Shown piece after piece: positions 48,111 through 62,402 of a DNA stretch of 64,000 bases. Each line of letters starts with the position of its first letter. The first letter of the stretch is position 1. Both the position numbers and the translations under genes were made by a program. This DNA is from Tubiluchus corallicola (lineage: Eukaryota; Animalia; Priapulida). The notes under the pieces are model-generated. The model was not told the DNA's origin. It ran no database searches and worked only from the letters and a program-made list of their open reading frames with translations. The DNA lies in contig JAQGDQ010000466.1 of the NCBI GenBank assembly GCA_030141605.1, positions 1 to 64,000 of the forward strand, given 5' to 3'.

Positions 48111-51100
48111 TTAGCGATCTTCAATTACCCTCTGATAATTAAGTGACACAAAACTACGAATGATAATTGATACTAACTATTCAGTAATTGTTCAACAAAT
48201 ATTTGTTCTAAAATTATGCATTTTTGACTGTCTTGTTGATATTCACGATTTGCTAAGCATCTTTCGTGAAACGTACTATAAGGACTCATCACGTTGACAG
48301 TTTATTCATCTTCAGTTTCTGTTGCCTCCCCAAGACACATTCCTAGATTTGGAACAGTGGCTCATCAATCCAGTTTTTCTTTGCACTGCTTATCTATGGA
48401 ATTATTTACGTTAAAGTTGTTTTCCTTTTAATTACCATCTCATATTCTCATTCCAATATTAACAAATTTTGTTATTTCGAAAGTCATGTTCATATTTCCG
48501 CATCTGTGCTCTTAGCATATTGCAACTGGCTTTGTTTGGAGGAATTTCTATAAACTTCTATCAAGTGTAAACACACGTTTCGAACATGTAAACAACTATA
48601 AACACGTATAAAGTATGTATTAGTCAATAATATAAGAGAAATAATATCTTTATTACAATCAATTACAATTACAGACTTTTGTGTTTTTTAAGCTATAATT
48701 GAATTGGATCACATAGGAGTTCTAATGAAGCCGGCAAGTTTGTTGTTCTTTTTGTGTAATCATTTATCGTTAGTTCCTAAACGCCACAACAAATTAAGAG
48801 TCACGCATGGAGAAGTGAATTAACAGATTTTTAAATTAGCTCTTCGTGCAGTCATGATTTATGAGAAGTGTGTGCATTCAGTGCTTTTTCCTAATGGATG
48901 TGTTCCAGTTCTCTGAGTCACTTCCGTTCCTGACGGCATTGGAAGTCACCCAGAAAATCTCGTAACTAAGTTTTGCAAGTTTCGGAAGCGACTCATACTC
49001 CTGTGAAAAATAGCACTGTTGCTGCTGAATAGATCCACTTTGTAACCCTCTGTACAATTTCGTTCAGTCAATACAAGGTTCCCACGGGCAGGGAAAATTC
49101 TGGAAAGCCATGGAAAAGACAGGAAGAAAGATAAATTGGTAAAATGTCAGGGAAAATGATGAAAATGGGCGAAAAGTCAGGGAAATTGGAAAGGGTGAAC
49201 TGATATTTTTGGCAAACATATTTTTCAGCAATTCGTATTCAGATAAAATTTTGCTAGCTCCCAGTTTCAATTTCTGTTCCAAAAATAACAATTAGCCAAC
49301 ACATATGTATGACTGTCCATCCACAAAAATGGTTGAATATGTATACTGGTAGTGCAATTTCTGCTGATCTTGGTCATGGAAAAGTCTGGAGTTATTTTAA
49401 AATTCTGTGGGAACACTAGTTATGACTACAAAAAACAGCGATAAAGATTTTGTAAAAGTTTGGTTTTCCTAGTCCAATTCTTGATTTCTTGTTGTGGTTC
49501 TTCAGAAAACAAAGCTGAAGTTTCTGGACGAGGATGTGGATGTAGTTCACTCCGATATGGTTTGTAAGTTCCGTTGAGCTTGTGCTAGCTGTTGTATAGA
49601 GCTCATTTTGAGGAAGTTCTATGACATCAGGAAATTTCAAGACAATATTTCTTGGTTTAGGTTAACAAGAAAATCAGCTGCAGCAGTGGCCCAAGAACAC
49701 TTCAATGAGGAACTCCAGACAAAGCTGGTGCATGTATTGTTTTAATGCGTTGGACCTTAAGGTCCTGGCAAAGTCTACAGCCCATAGTCTAATTGGCTTC
49801 TTTTTAGATATTTATACACATATTTTCTTAAAAGTACAGGTTGCCCTGATTAAAATAAATGAGTCCATAATATCTTCTTTCTCTATGTTTCGTACATTGC
49901 TTCTATGTTTCTGAGCAAAAACATCAAGCTCTAACAAACGTTTGATTTTTTTGCCTAAATTTGAGTCAACTGGTCATCAGGGTTGTAATCCTTTTGTATT
50001 GGTCTGAGTATGTTGTCCATTGCAAAATATTTGAGTACAAATTAGGGATTTGTAGCATAATCATATCTCTGTCTTCTTTGTGAGTAATTTATCATAATAA
50101 CCCACTAGAGTCAAATCACTGAACATTCAAGTTTGCTGGTTTTGGGCTAGATTTGATTCACAGCTTAGAATCTCATCTAAAGTGACTCATTTCCATGAAG
50201 ACCCTTTCCAACACACTGGGAGTTCGCTCAGTGTGGGTCGACGTCCATTGCATTTATGCAGTGATCCTCGCCAGGTAGCACCCCGAGCTTCGTTTGCATA
50301 CTTACAATACTTACCATGATCCTACGCAAGCAACGTAGTAAACGAAACCAGTAATAGATAAATTTGTTGAATGATAACGCAAAAATTAGAAACAGTTTGT
50401 ACAATATACATAAACTTTGTCTCTAAAAACAATGTTGTTTGTCATCATGTTATAAAAAAATGTTGAACGCTAAACCAAGTAGAGAAGAGCTGAAACCTGG
50501 CCAGTACACGCTTAAACATATATTTATAGTCAAAATATATTTATTCAGCAATTCCAAGTCTTGCGTGCTATAATGCTCAAATATTCGCGGTACATAGAGA
50601 AGCTTATTTCCCATTAAAACCAAATGTTTCTCATTCCGAACGAAATCACACATTCTGTAATTCAAAAACATTTAATAATTGAACTTTACTAGAGACTTTA
50701 TAATAAGCACTATTAACAAGTTTTGCAAGATTGCACAGTAAATTATCTGCATAGTCATGCCCATGAAAGTGATAACAGTTGTTCAGTATGGCACGCATGA
50801 CAATAACTGCAGCTGCTGTTTAAATCCGCCACAAACTTTCGCGCACTAGAAATTTTGTTTGGAATTTAATAATAAGTTAAATCTTGTGAATTGTTGATCT
50901 AAGATGTAGTTTACGCTCTGCACAGAGAACGATTCCAATCCTTAATAACTGCCATTTATTACATGATGTAATGACTGAATGAATGAAAACCCAGGCATTA
51001 ACAGTTCTGTATTGATTCTGCAAATCTTGGCAGCCTGTGAAACAGTGGATAGTGCCCGACCTGCAAGCGCTCATGATAAACCGTTTACACAGACATTACA

Positions 51101-52979
51101 AATTTTTGTTTGTTTTAAATCTCCCGCAATACTATTCCGACCGCGCCATTACATGACGTAATACACGCTCTACGTAAATCAGGGGAAGAAAAGGAATGTT
51201 ACATTATGTCCCAAAAAATTTTTCCATACAAATCTATATTGCTAAGCTTTTCGCTTACCCGCTTTAAGGACATATGTAACAAGAAAAAAAGATTTTTAAT
51301 TATTAAAATGTTTTCACCAATTGGTAATATGTTGCCGACTCTCTCTCCAGGGTGCGTCACTCACTAACCAAAAACGTATTTTTAATCTTTTTGACAAGAT
51401 ATAGTAATTCAAAATTTTGCTCAGGCAGTGACGTATGAGCTACAAATTCTTTGCTTATTTTACAAAGTTTACACAATGTTATCTAAACTTGTTTCAAATG
51501 GACATGTCGTCAAAATGGCTGCATCTAACGGTTTTCTCTTGAGTTTAAATTTACATGCTTTGTACAGCGAGACTGTCGATTTAAGTCGAGTACGTAAAAC
51601 GGCAGTAAATAAGTGATATGAAATTTCAAGACGAATTTTTTAAGCTTTATGTAGGTGGAGTGTTTCCTTGCGCTTTAAAGTATCTCAAGTGTTGGTAATT
51701 TTAGAAAACTTTTTGACACAGCTATTGTCTATGTGGTCACTGTTTCTAATTACTGCTTAAATGATTCTATTATCATTCTATAATATACAAAACCTATGTC
51801 TGCATAAAGGCTTTAGTAGTCTGCACAACTATAATAATATTAAACAAATCTTTTGTAAATAAGTTGTGGTCATGTTCACTTGCCTTACATGAACGACTTG
51901 TGAGACATGGGTTCGATTCTCGTGTAGAAAGTTTCATTTGCCATGCAGATTTTGGTTGTTTTCATAGTATAGAGAGGATGTTTCACGCATGAACATAGCC
52001 GAGACACCTCTGGCAGTCCAGTGGCACATCATCAGGGACTGCACTTGATAATGAACCAGACTCAACTCAGATCATGTTAAAAAACATCTCAATTTTCTGA
52101 TACCATTAATTCAATACATATTTACACAAAATCTTGTGTGAACAGAGCTTAGAAAATGGTGCCAGGGAAAGGGTTAAGAAAATAAATACAGACAAGACTA
52201 GTAATAGTGTACGACATTCCAGTAAAAATGACATAGCGTTTTCTACAAAGGAGTGTGAAGCAATAACATTTTTAATGATTGTGCAGTTTTCTGGCACAGC
52301 AGCCCCCCCCCCCAAACCCCCCAACAAGAGAAACTTTAAAGCACATGAAACCTTCCAAGTCTTTCGAGAAAATAAGCGAAATGCCGCCAAATAATATAGA
52401 TTTAGATGGAAAGTTTTTTGAGACCTAATTTAACAATGCCTTTCCTAGCCTGAATCACTTTTTCGTAGGTGACGTCATGTAATGGCACTCTCGGAACAGT
52501 ATTGAGGAAAGCTTAAAATTAAAGACAAACAAAGATTTCTTTTATCGCGAGTACGATATATGCATAAAGTTGCAGTAAAGTAATATGATTTTTAAGGCGG
52601 TTTTTCTGAAGCCCTCTTCTTGTCTTTTAACCTGTTTTACACGAAAGCACAACAACATTCTTTTAAATGTAATTGACTGGCCATCACTGATCGATGCACA
52701 AAGCAAAACACAACGTGGTTTTCTAAATCCTGGTCCGCTGAGTGCAAAGGTCAGAAATCCGTTTGCTGACCAGTTTCTTTGTTGCTTAACCTTGCAAATC
52801 ACAGCCTAAAATCATCCATACTGTCAGACATGCCATTATTTTTTTCTCCTTGAAGTAAGGCTTGTAATAACATAACCACCTGGGAAAAATGATGTTTAAG
52901 ACTAAAGGGATTTACAAGCACAATAAGCGAGTTTGAGTTTTCAGATTTAAAAGCATTTTAAAGTATTTGTATTGAAAAC

Positions 52980-53890
52980 AAAGAGGGAAAAACCAGATTA
53001 TTTTACTGTCACAACAAATACGAGGCTGCGTGATAATAATAGCTGTTTAAACAAGACACAGACAATTTTAATTGTTCAAACATAGGCAAACATGGCTCGA
53101 ATCGAAAAGGGTAATCCTCTAAAGTGATTTGTTTACTGAAGACAGAAATTGTCCCTCTCTGGCGCCAACTCTGTTATTATTAAAACTCAATGACAACAAA
53201 TGATTTTTGCCCGCTCTTTAGTATGAATACAACTGCTTTTACATTGCTTTCGTTGATTTAAAGTGTCCTGTTGTTATTGATGGATGCTGCGAATAAAAGG
53301 TCTCTTAGCCATATTTAAGTATTTGATACTTTGACAGAAATTATGAGTAATTTAGATCACCGAGAGAACATTTTGTGTTGCAGACACTGTGTCACAAAAT
53401 TATGTAGCAAAAATGTACCCAGGCAAAGAAAAAAATTCTAGTTTTGGCTGTAGAACAGATTCGTGCAGATAAAATAATTACCTGCGAATTAAATGAAAAT
53501 ACGAGACTACTGATGCAGTTTATACCACTACCACAATTCACAATTAAATGTGCCAGTGTATCAAGGGGGGAAAAACCAGATTCTTTTACCATCACAAAAA
53601 AGACACGGTGGGTGGTAATAATAACCATTTGAACAAGACCCAGACAATTTTAAGCATTCAATCACACAGGCTCGATATAAAAGAGTAAATCTCTAAAGTA
53701 ATTTGTTGCTGAAGACAGGAATTATCCTTCTAAAATCAATCTCCTGCCACCAACCCTGTTTCATTAAAGTGATCTCGGCGAACCGATGAACTCAATTACA
53801 TTGTATTGTTTTTGTCTGCTTTTTTGTAATAATCCTGCTTTTACATTGTTTTCATTGATTTGAAATAGTTTTGTTATTATTTATTGATGT
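52980..53890. repeat. Old tandem duplication with a period of about 580 bp
   Basis: GGGAAAAACCAGATT.TTTTAC..AACAAGAC.CAGACAATTTTAA..CTCTAAAGT.ATTTGTT..CTGAAGACAG near 52985 and 53567. Confidence 0.7.
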
Positions 53891-55674
53891 TTCAAAAAAA
53901 TCTCCTACACCATCTCGTACAGAATTAAAGCAAAACACAAGACTAGTGATGCAGTTTTACCGCCCCCCCCCCCCCAAAAAAAAATATATTTGCCAGTGTA
54001 ACAAGAAGACACAGATTTATTTAAGTAAAAGGTTTTGTTTGCTTTCATCCTTGAAATTTACTAAAACAGTTTTCATTATGCAGCTCTTTCTACTACTTCT
54101 CGACATTCGTTATTGGATAGTGTAGATTCAATAGATATTTTACCCAAGTATGCCTGTCTGTGTAGAGCGTGGCAGAGACGTGTTGTATTAGCACACATGC
54201 TGGAGCACTGAGTGTAGCGATGCGTATGGAAGCAATGATGCACATGAGTGGTCTTCTTCAAACAATTCACTTTAGATATTACACTTTCATATCGAGCCAT
54301 GTTTACTCAAGTGTTAGAGCACTTTAAATTCCTCAACTCTTATCTAAACAGCTAATATTATTAAACAGCCTCTCCTTTGTTATCATGGCAAAAGAGGCTG
54401 ATTTTTACCCATATGTTTGCAGAAATTCATTATAAACGCAGGCTTTGAAATTCAAGTGTGTAAATACTCTGCTATGTTTTCTTAAATTTTTCCCAGGTGT
54501 GGAATGCAGGCTTTGAAGTTTAAGTGTGTAATTGTTCTGCTTTATTTTCTTAAATCTTTCCCAAGTGCATAATGCAGTCTTTGAAAATTTTCTGGTTTAT
54601 TTTCTTAACTCTTTAGGTGGCGTCTTTCTTTAGGCTCCTAGGCTGATTTATTGACACAAGACAATTTTAAGTAAATTTCAGAAATTTTTCGCATCCCGAC
54701 ACAAACAAAACAAATTCTAAGACGAATATTTATTGGCCTCGGATTTGAAAGCTCTTTCTTTTCACAGGGGTAGCAGTTCTTGAGTGGTTGATTTGCCCAT
54801 GAACTAAATAATATGGAAAAATATTTTTATTCACTGCAAGTTTACAGGAAACTATTAATCCTTTTAAATCAATGGCAGATAGAATTTGAAATGACGCTGA
54901 AATAATTTACAAAAATTTTCCCCCCAGCATTTTCAGTAAAATCTGGTTAAAACTGTTTCACATGTAACGGTATCAGCAGATTTGGCAAAATGTTAATTTT
55001 TCACTGGAAAAAAACAAAAATGTCCCGAAAAAACAAAAACAAAACGAAAATCTTTATCATTTATAGGGCATTCGGTTCATTCAATTTTTCTGACTTAAAT
55101 CTTTCCTGGGATCATTCCCAGGTGTTCAAGTGAGGGTAAATTGCACAAGATGTTAAAATGTGGGAAAATATTTTTCTTTACTTCCGAGCCACTTCCAGCA
55201 ATTTAACCCTGCTCAAAATCAATAAGAAAACTTGAATAAAACAGAAGGTAAATAGTCCTTTGTTAACATTGCTGAGCACTTAAGACTTTCTCCATCTTGT
55301 AAAGAGCCTTTTGTTCAGGTGGCTGAGCACTTAAAACTTTCTCCATTTTATCCAAACAGCAATTATTATTAAGCAGTCTCACCCTTTATTATCACAAGAA
55401 AAGCTTTTAGCCCAATTTTTGCTATACAAACACTTTGGAAAACTTTCAAATCTAAAAAGACATTCCTTTCAATCTTAACAAAACATCTTGTTGCGTGTCT
55501 CCCAGGGCGATATATTATTACACGCATAAACTTCCAACAAAAATAATAGAACACACCTGTGCTTTGATAACAAAGCTCTATTCCCAGTGCTCTCAGACGG
55601 AACTGCATTTGATCTGCAGGTGGCGTGAAGAATATCTAGCGATAAAATCTATGCACTATAGGACTGTTTTGCCC

Positions 55675-56478
55675 TAGTTGCGCCCTGTTTAAATACTGGA
55701 AAGAATGGGTTAAAAGACAGACAATATTATCAATAGATGGGAGAATCTTTTTGTTTAGTTAATCTGAAACTCCAAGTGAAAGAGTTCAGAAGAGATGGAA
55801 AGCAAATACAGACAAGAATTTCTATAGAACGTAGAAGCTTTTTTGTTTGGTTAAGCTGCCTACCTGGAACTCCCAGGGGAAGAGTTAACAAAAGATGGAA
55901 AGCAAATACAGACACGAAAGTCAATAGAATGCAGAAGGTTTTTTGTTTGGTTAAGCTGCCTACCTGGAACTCCCAGGGGAAGAGTTAACAAAAGATGGAT
56001 GATTTGGTGAAGTACTTTCTATGCGAACTATTAAAAATAATAGCGACTCTAAACTTTCCCTTGAGAAGGGCATTTGAACTAAATTGTGCTGCACGATAGT
56101 AACACTTTTACAACTTATCGACATTATGTAATCTCTTTTGTCAGAGTTTTAGTATTTTTAGTTCTACAAATTCACGGGGTTTCACAAAAACATCAAAATT
56201 CTCAGTATTGTTTCCCAGTCAAAAATGTCTCAAAGAGGGCTATTTTATCAAAAACGCTAATATATTATTGATGATTTATTATATAGCACTGAACTATAGC
56301 CAAAATTTAATATCTTGGTTGAGTAAAATTTGCTAAACTTTTGACTTAACGCAAATTTGCAGACTTCCTAAAACTGCAGCTTTCTCTAATATATAAAGTT
56401 CTTCAGACTAAAAACTTTCAAAGAAATTTGAAATTCTATCTTTATCAATGATTTTAAACATGCATCGACAGTGCACTC
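55675..56478. repeat. Inverted copy of 36925-37820 with three tandem units of about 100 bp
   Basis: TTTTTTGTTTGGTTAAGCTGCCTACCTGGAACTCCCAGGGGAAGAGTTAACAAAAGATGGA repeated; reverse complement of the 37480-37780 units. Confidence 0.85.
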
Positions 56479-57254
56479 ACATTTAAAATTAACTTAAAGA
56501 AATCAACACATGAGAAAACTCAGGAAGAGGCGCCAGGAATAGTAACAGAAAATAATTTCTTCTTAATATAGGACGATTTTCGAAAGTTTCTTAAAAGATC
56601 GAGAATAACCCCAAAGGTTTATGCTAAGAAAAGATATTCTACTTTTTTGGGTAAATCTAACAGGTAGTTACTTTTTGGGTAACTGCGGGCGATGAATTTT
56701 GCTCAAATCCAATTCATGATTGACAAGTAAGGAGGTATGAACGAATGTTATTGCAAATGTTGTGCACAAGAACCTTGTATACACTTTATTATGAATACTA
56801 CTACTTTTATATTGTTTTTGTTTATTTGCAATTACATTGTAGTTAGAGACGTTGTCAATTAATTGTCTGTTAGTATAGGACACTTAGACAGGAATTGGAA
56901 ATAATTTAGATCATAGAGAGAATATTTTGTGTTGCAGACAGTGCTCCACGAAATTTTGTAGCGAAAATGTAACCAAAAAAGAAAATTTCTTGTTTCGATA
57001 TGAGAACAAATTCTCATGCTTTCTTGTACAGAGACATATAGATATGTGCGAATTAAAAGAAAATACAAGACTAGTGACGTAGTGTTTACTGCCTCAGTTA
57101 TATTTGCCAGTATATCAAGAAAATGATTTTTTTAGAACCAGGTATTGTTGGCATTACTTTTCATTCTAGGAAATACTAAAGCAGTTGTTAGAAAGTTTCA
57201 TTATTCAGCCTTTTCTGCTACTTCTTGACATTCATTATTGGGTAGTGTACATAC

Positions 57255-57575
57255 TCTGGATGGTGAAAATATTTTACATAAACATGCAAGTCTGTATACA
57301 GCATAGGAGACACGAGGTGCACTCTCATTAATGCTGGAGCAGTGAGTGACGCGATGCGTGCAAGGAACCAGCGATACACATGGGAGCTCATGGGTAAGAG
57401 TGATTGACAGCCCTGGTGTGTAGCATGCATGTCTAGCAATGGCGGGTGATCCAAGTATAAAATATCATCGGGTAGCATCGGTCAGCCATCTAGTGTACAA
57501 AATCGCAACTAATGCAACTGCTACAATATGTTGCAATAGAAAATCAACAAGTTAGCTAAGTGAATCAGCACTGCT
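57255..57575. repeat. Inverted copy of the 40700-41030 repeat
   Basis: Reverse-complement similarity across the whole stretch. Confidence 0.85.
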
Positions 57576-60276
57576 ACGCAACATGTTATCACTTTTTGTG
57601 CACATGGCAAAATCTGGCAAAAATGTGAACACTACAATAAAAGCTTACTGTGGATGCATCCAACCGCTGTTAACAAAAACGGCAATACGGCTTTGATTTG
57701 GTGCGATAAACATGAATTAAATTTTGTCTAGTCTACTAAATAGTTACCTATAGTTTGATGTTGTTTTTGTTTTACAATAACATTCAAAATATTTGTTCAT
57801 TAAACAGATATATGATTAATAATGCATGAATGTTCCACAGATTGTTTATCAACCTTTTTGGTGTTCAATTTGGAGAGACTGAGAAATATACAAGCAAAAA
57901 TGATAATCAGCGCTACACAATTTTACAAGCAAGAATTTCGTGAAATGGAATCTCGAACTAACTCGTAGTTGTCTGTCAAGGTGGAGATAACAAAAAAGTG
58001 GTACAGCAAAAAACTGTGTTGAAGCACAATTTCCAAAGCAGAGTTAAATTAGACAACTAAAATTATCCCCCCCCCCCAGTATAGCCCTAACAATAAACAC
58101 ATAGTATGTTATTTTCCCCTGTGCCATTTTTTGTTGTGCCATTTTTCCTGTACTCTATTTGTGAAACATGCTCTATAAAAATGTTTAACAAGAAACAATA
58201 TCAACAACAAAAGCAACAAGATTTACAGCTTTTTGAAAACTTATAGTGTACTAGCTTATTTTACCAGTGGTTAGAACAGGTTAGATTGCAAAACACATTA
58301 TTTGTAAAGTTCTGTGTAATGGTTATAATTGAGATATTGAGTTATGTATCCTTGAATGTAAAAACTGCATTTTTTTCTTTTTGACATCTTCATATGACAT
58401 ACTTAATAAAAATGTCAAAATAATCTCGTTTAGTCTACGAAATTGTCTAACTTTGCGCTATTCTATTTCTCAAATCTTTCACTGGCATCTTTTATAAGAT
58501 GTTCAGGTTTGCTTAAATTAATCAAGAATTTTAAAATGAGGGAATATATTTTTTATTATATTGGGTGTAGAATATTTACAGATCAGATTAATTTCACAAG
58601 AAGTTTAATCTTCCAGAGAGTCCGTTTATACAGCGCATTTGTTCAAATTTCTGATGAGACTCCTAGGTAACATTTACTCTATGAACAACAATTGATTGTT
58701 TCCATTAAGATTTAGACAACAAAATGCTGCATTAAGCAAACTGTTTAAAGTGCAACAAAACTATTAAAATTAACATAATTATGGAAATAAAATGTAAAGA
58801 AACTTGATGAGTAAAGTCTTGTCTTGAGATTCTCCTGTGCTGGAGATGCCGAGCTATGTAACATGCTTACAGTATTGTTTAGTTTTCGGTCCCTCCACAA
58901 CCTGCTGATGGGTGATTCGACGGCTGATGACACTAAATGATTTGCGTCTTGGCAATTTCATGTCAACTGTGCCACATTGTGTCTTTCTAGAGAATTTCTT
59001 TTTTTTTGAAGCCACTTTAGTTTTTAAACAGTTTTTATAATTCGTCTTTTATGATGCACCTTTTTATCATTGAAAAGTTTGCAAACAAATAATTTTTCAA
59101 ACAAATTTGGTTTGTTTTGTTTCTTAAGAACTCCAGTTTGTTTAAGTATTTGAACCGCGAGCTACAGACAAAGCACACGCCCTAGATACTAAGAGTTACC
59201 TGAAATAAGTGATTCTAGTTTCTAATAATTTAAGTCTGAGAAATAATTCTGATTGCTTTGCAGCCGCCTAACAAAGAGATGCATGAAATTTCACAATAAG
59301 CTGCTGTGATTATAGTTGTCTGCAAACATCTTAAAGCTGACATTGAATATTAAAGTGAACAGAGCTGTCAGACAGCTGCATTTTGCCGGATTAAATTAAG
59401 AACTGATTACTCAAGATTCCATGAGAAAAGAAATCTCATAGTTTTGTTTTGTCTACAGTTTAAAAGGATATGTAGAGTATTACTATAAAACTACTTTTTG
59501 TATAAGCAAGAACATTTTTTGGCAGTGGAGGTAGAGCGATATAATCTTAATTATCATCATCATTATCACTATCAGCAGCAGGAGCCGCAACAGCAGCAAC
59601 AACAACAACATGGAGAGTACAGCAGAGCTGCAGCGATAAGGTCAAGAGTCATGAAAACACCGCTGCTGTGAGAAAGATTATTTTAAAAAACAGTTGTAGA
59701 CACAAAAGTTCCCTCAATAATTAGAATGTTTCAAAATTTTCTAAATGGTGTTGCATTAATTGGAACTTCAGTGTTTAGTTTGGTGAGCATTTAAAATCTG
59801 GTCATTACCCAGTAGTTCTGCTAAGTATTTTTTGAAATTTGCTGAACCACTTCAAAAAATTACATTATCATTATCAGTCATTATTAAATTCTAGACAGAA
59901 TTGCGAGGGATTAAAATCTTCCTTTCTTGTAAGGCATAATCTGTGTGTCACACAGTACTTCAAATGATGCCAATGACTAAATTGAGGACAGAATTATTAA
60001 GGAAGCAAAGACCTCAAAATATTTTGTGCATAAATCCACTTATAATCAACAATAAGTGAACGTCTACCTTTTGTTCCTTTATTTACCTAACGCCAAGCCA
60101 GCAGCAGGGGTGGGCCCGTCGGCACTCGTCGGTGGGCCCGTTTCGAAGAATAAACTCCCAGGTGCGGTTCGCGGAGACCTTTCATTTGACGTATAGATCG
60201 TCAATAATACTGCTGTCATCAGAGCTGTAGCCTCCACGGTTATATATCCATATAATATATATATATATATATATAT

Positions 60277-60683
60277 TGTACTACCGGGCTGTGATGAGAT
60301 GAAATGTAATGCTGGCAAGGGAATACAGTAGACTTCTCAGGTGTACATGTGAACGTGGCTTTATCGACCACAGACTCGTTTTCTGCCCTTGTGTTAAGCC
60401 ACTAGTCACGTGCACACCTGGTCTTATAAAAAGGGAAGGTCTGCTGCAGACCCTTGTCAGTGGTCGTGTTTTTCATTGCAGCTCTATTCACATTTCACAG
60501 GCTTTGCGGCAAACTCCTTTCTTCTAGGTAAGCTGTTTGTTCCTTATTGGGGGTGTGATATGTGGTAATAAATTTTAATTTCGACTCTATTATTCGGGTT
60601 CTGTTTTGGTTAAGGCATTGAACAACTTAATTGAGACATGCCGCACGCCGCGGTGCCATCTGTAAAAAGCAGACAGCAGTCCA

Positions 60684-60688
<5 letters not shown>
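60277..60688 (+). mobile_element. Solo-LTR-like repeat, copy 2, inserted in a (TA)n microsatellite
   Basis: TGTA...TACA ends, TATAAAA at 60425, AATAAA at 60567, (TA)n on both flanks; homologous to 35465-35878. Confidence 0.75.
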
Positions 60689-60714
<26 letters not shown>

Positions 60715-61539
60715 CCACCGAAAAACTCACAACAACTCACACCACATCACACCATCTTACCACGCCAATCTCAATACACCATACCACACACACCATACTA
60801 CCCTTGGAATAGCAAACCAATCCTCATCACAGCAACCAAATGCTCCACTCACAGCACACCACACATCCACCCACAACACTACACCAACACCATCCCACCG
60901 GACTTTCCACACCACACCACTAGGTAGGAAACTTGGTACGATTCGTGGTTAGAAACGTGGAAACACAGTATGCGGGCGAATGCGTGGTAGGAACATTGCT
61001 GTTGGTATGAATCTCCCTGCACAGTTATGCTGGGCCCAGCCATCGTATAGTTGACTAAAAAATGTTAAATTTCATTAGGTTTATCCAGCTGAGTTTTTTT
61101 TTTGAAGCATTTGAATTGACTATGTGAACCATTTCTATATTGTCACGTTAACTCTTATTGCGTTTTGAAAGCGTTTGTTTACAAAAGAACTTTTACGCTG
61201 GCATTAGTTTTTTTTTGCGAGAATCGAAAATAATTAAATATCCCCTTTATTATTATTATCATTAAAAATCCTGTTGTTTGGGTGATTGTATTCCTAGAGA
61301 ATTAAGGTAAAACCTAAAGCATTGTTCACACTGTCTTACGCGGACTTATGTGCTAATTTTTACTAAATTTTGGTCAATCAAGGTATAACTCGTGACAGCG
61401 GGACTGCTTGGCAAAACATCCTAACAACAATTTAACATTTTCTTAGACACGCTGTCACAAGGTTATAACCGCTACACCTATTGTCACTAATGAGCCAAAA
61501 ATGGATGCAGAAACAGAAATTCTTGAGAAAAGCATCCTG

Positions 61540-62230
61540 GAATTTTTGTGTTGTGTTGTAACAAGATCACAGGCTCAAATTAACGAAGATAGCAGCTCAG
61601 AAGAAGTGGAGGACAAAGATAGTTCACCACTGTCTACCTTCTCAAGAGAGAACCAAAGTGGTTCAACGGCTTTAAGCCACACGTCTTACACCAACATTAT
61701 CTCTGAATCAAGAGGAACTTATTAAGGCACAGCTATTTTCTCTTGTCATGTCACAAGAGAATGTTTCAGAAGGCAACTACATGCAGTCCAAAGTGCTCAT
61801 GACAAAGTGGAAACCAGCAGATGCTCCTGCAGATGAAGATTGGCATCTACACCACCAAATTGTAGTATCACAATGTTACCTCAAAGTCAAGGAGCTTTGG
61901 AGCACTACCACCAAACTTTTAAAACAATGAAAACTTACTGCATTTAATATGCAAAGGATTGGGATAAAGGCATCAATTTCCTTATGTTTGCTACGCATGA
62001 TATTACTTCGGGACATTGGGTTTTACCCCCCTTTGAACTGGTGTTTGGCCACCGTGTTCGTTAAAGAACAATGGCATCAGGAACAGTAGCCAGAAAGCAA
62101 TCTGCTAGATTATGTACGCAGCTTTAAAGAAACACTTTACAGGGCGTGTGAATTAGCCAATGAGAACTTGAAAACGTACGACAAGCATGCTCAATGTAGC
62201 TCATTCACAGTAGGTGATAAAGTACTCATT
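61540..62230 (+). mobile_element. Gypsy/Ty3 integrase-region relic, internally deleted
   Basis: CVVTRSQA, VLMTKWKP..DEDW..HQIVV, KDWDKGINFLMFA, GFTPFELVFGHRVR, NLLDYVRSFK..RACELANENL, YDKHA..FTVGDKVL. Confidence 0.8.
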
Positions 62231-62402
62231 TATCAATGTCAACTGCGTTATCCAAAAATGACATCATAACCCTGTTGATACCCGACTACCGATTTCCGAT
62301 ACCAACAATACCAAGGGATTCTTGCTATGCCTACAGACACAACAATTTATACATATTAACAATAAACCATTCAAACACGACGTATATAAACACCTCCTGA
62401 AA

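Noticed and set aside
60715-60920. His/Thr/Pro-rich ORFs (also 41239-41350 on the minus strand)
   Set aside because: CA-rich low-complexity DNA with no coding evidence.
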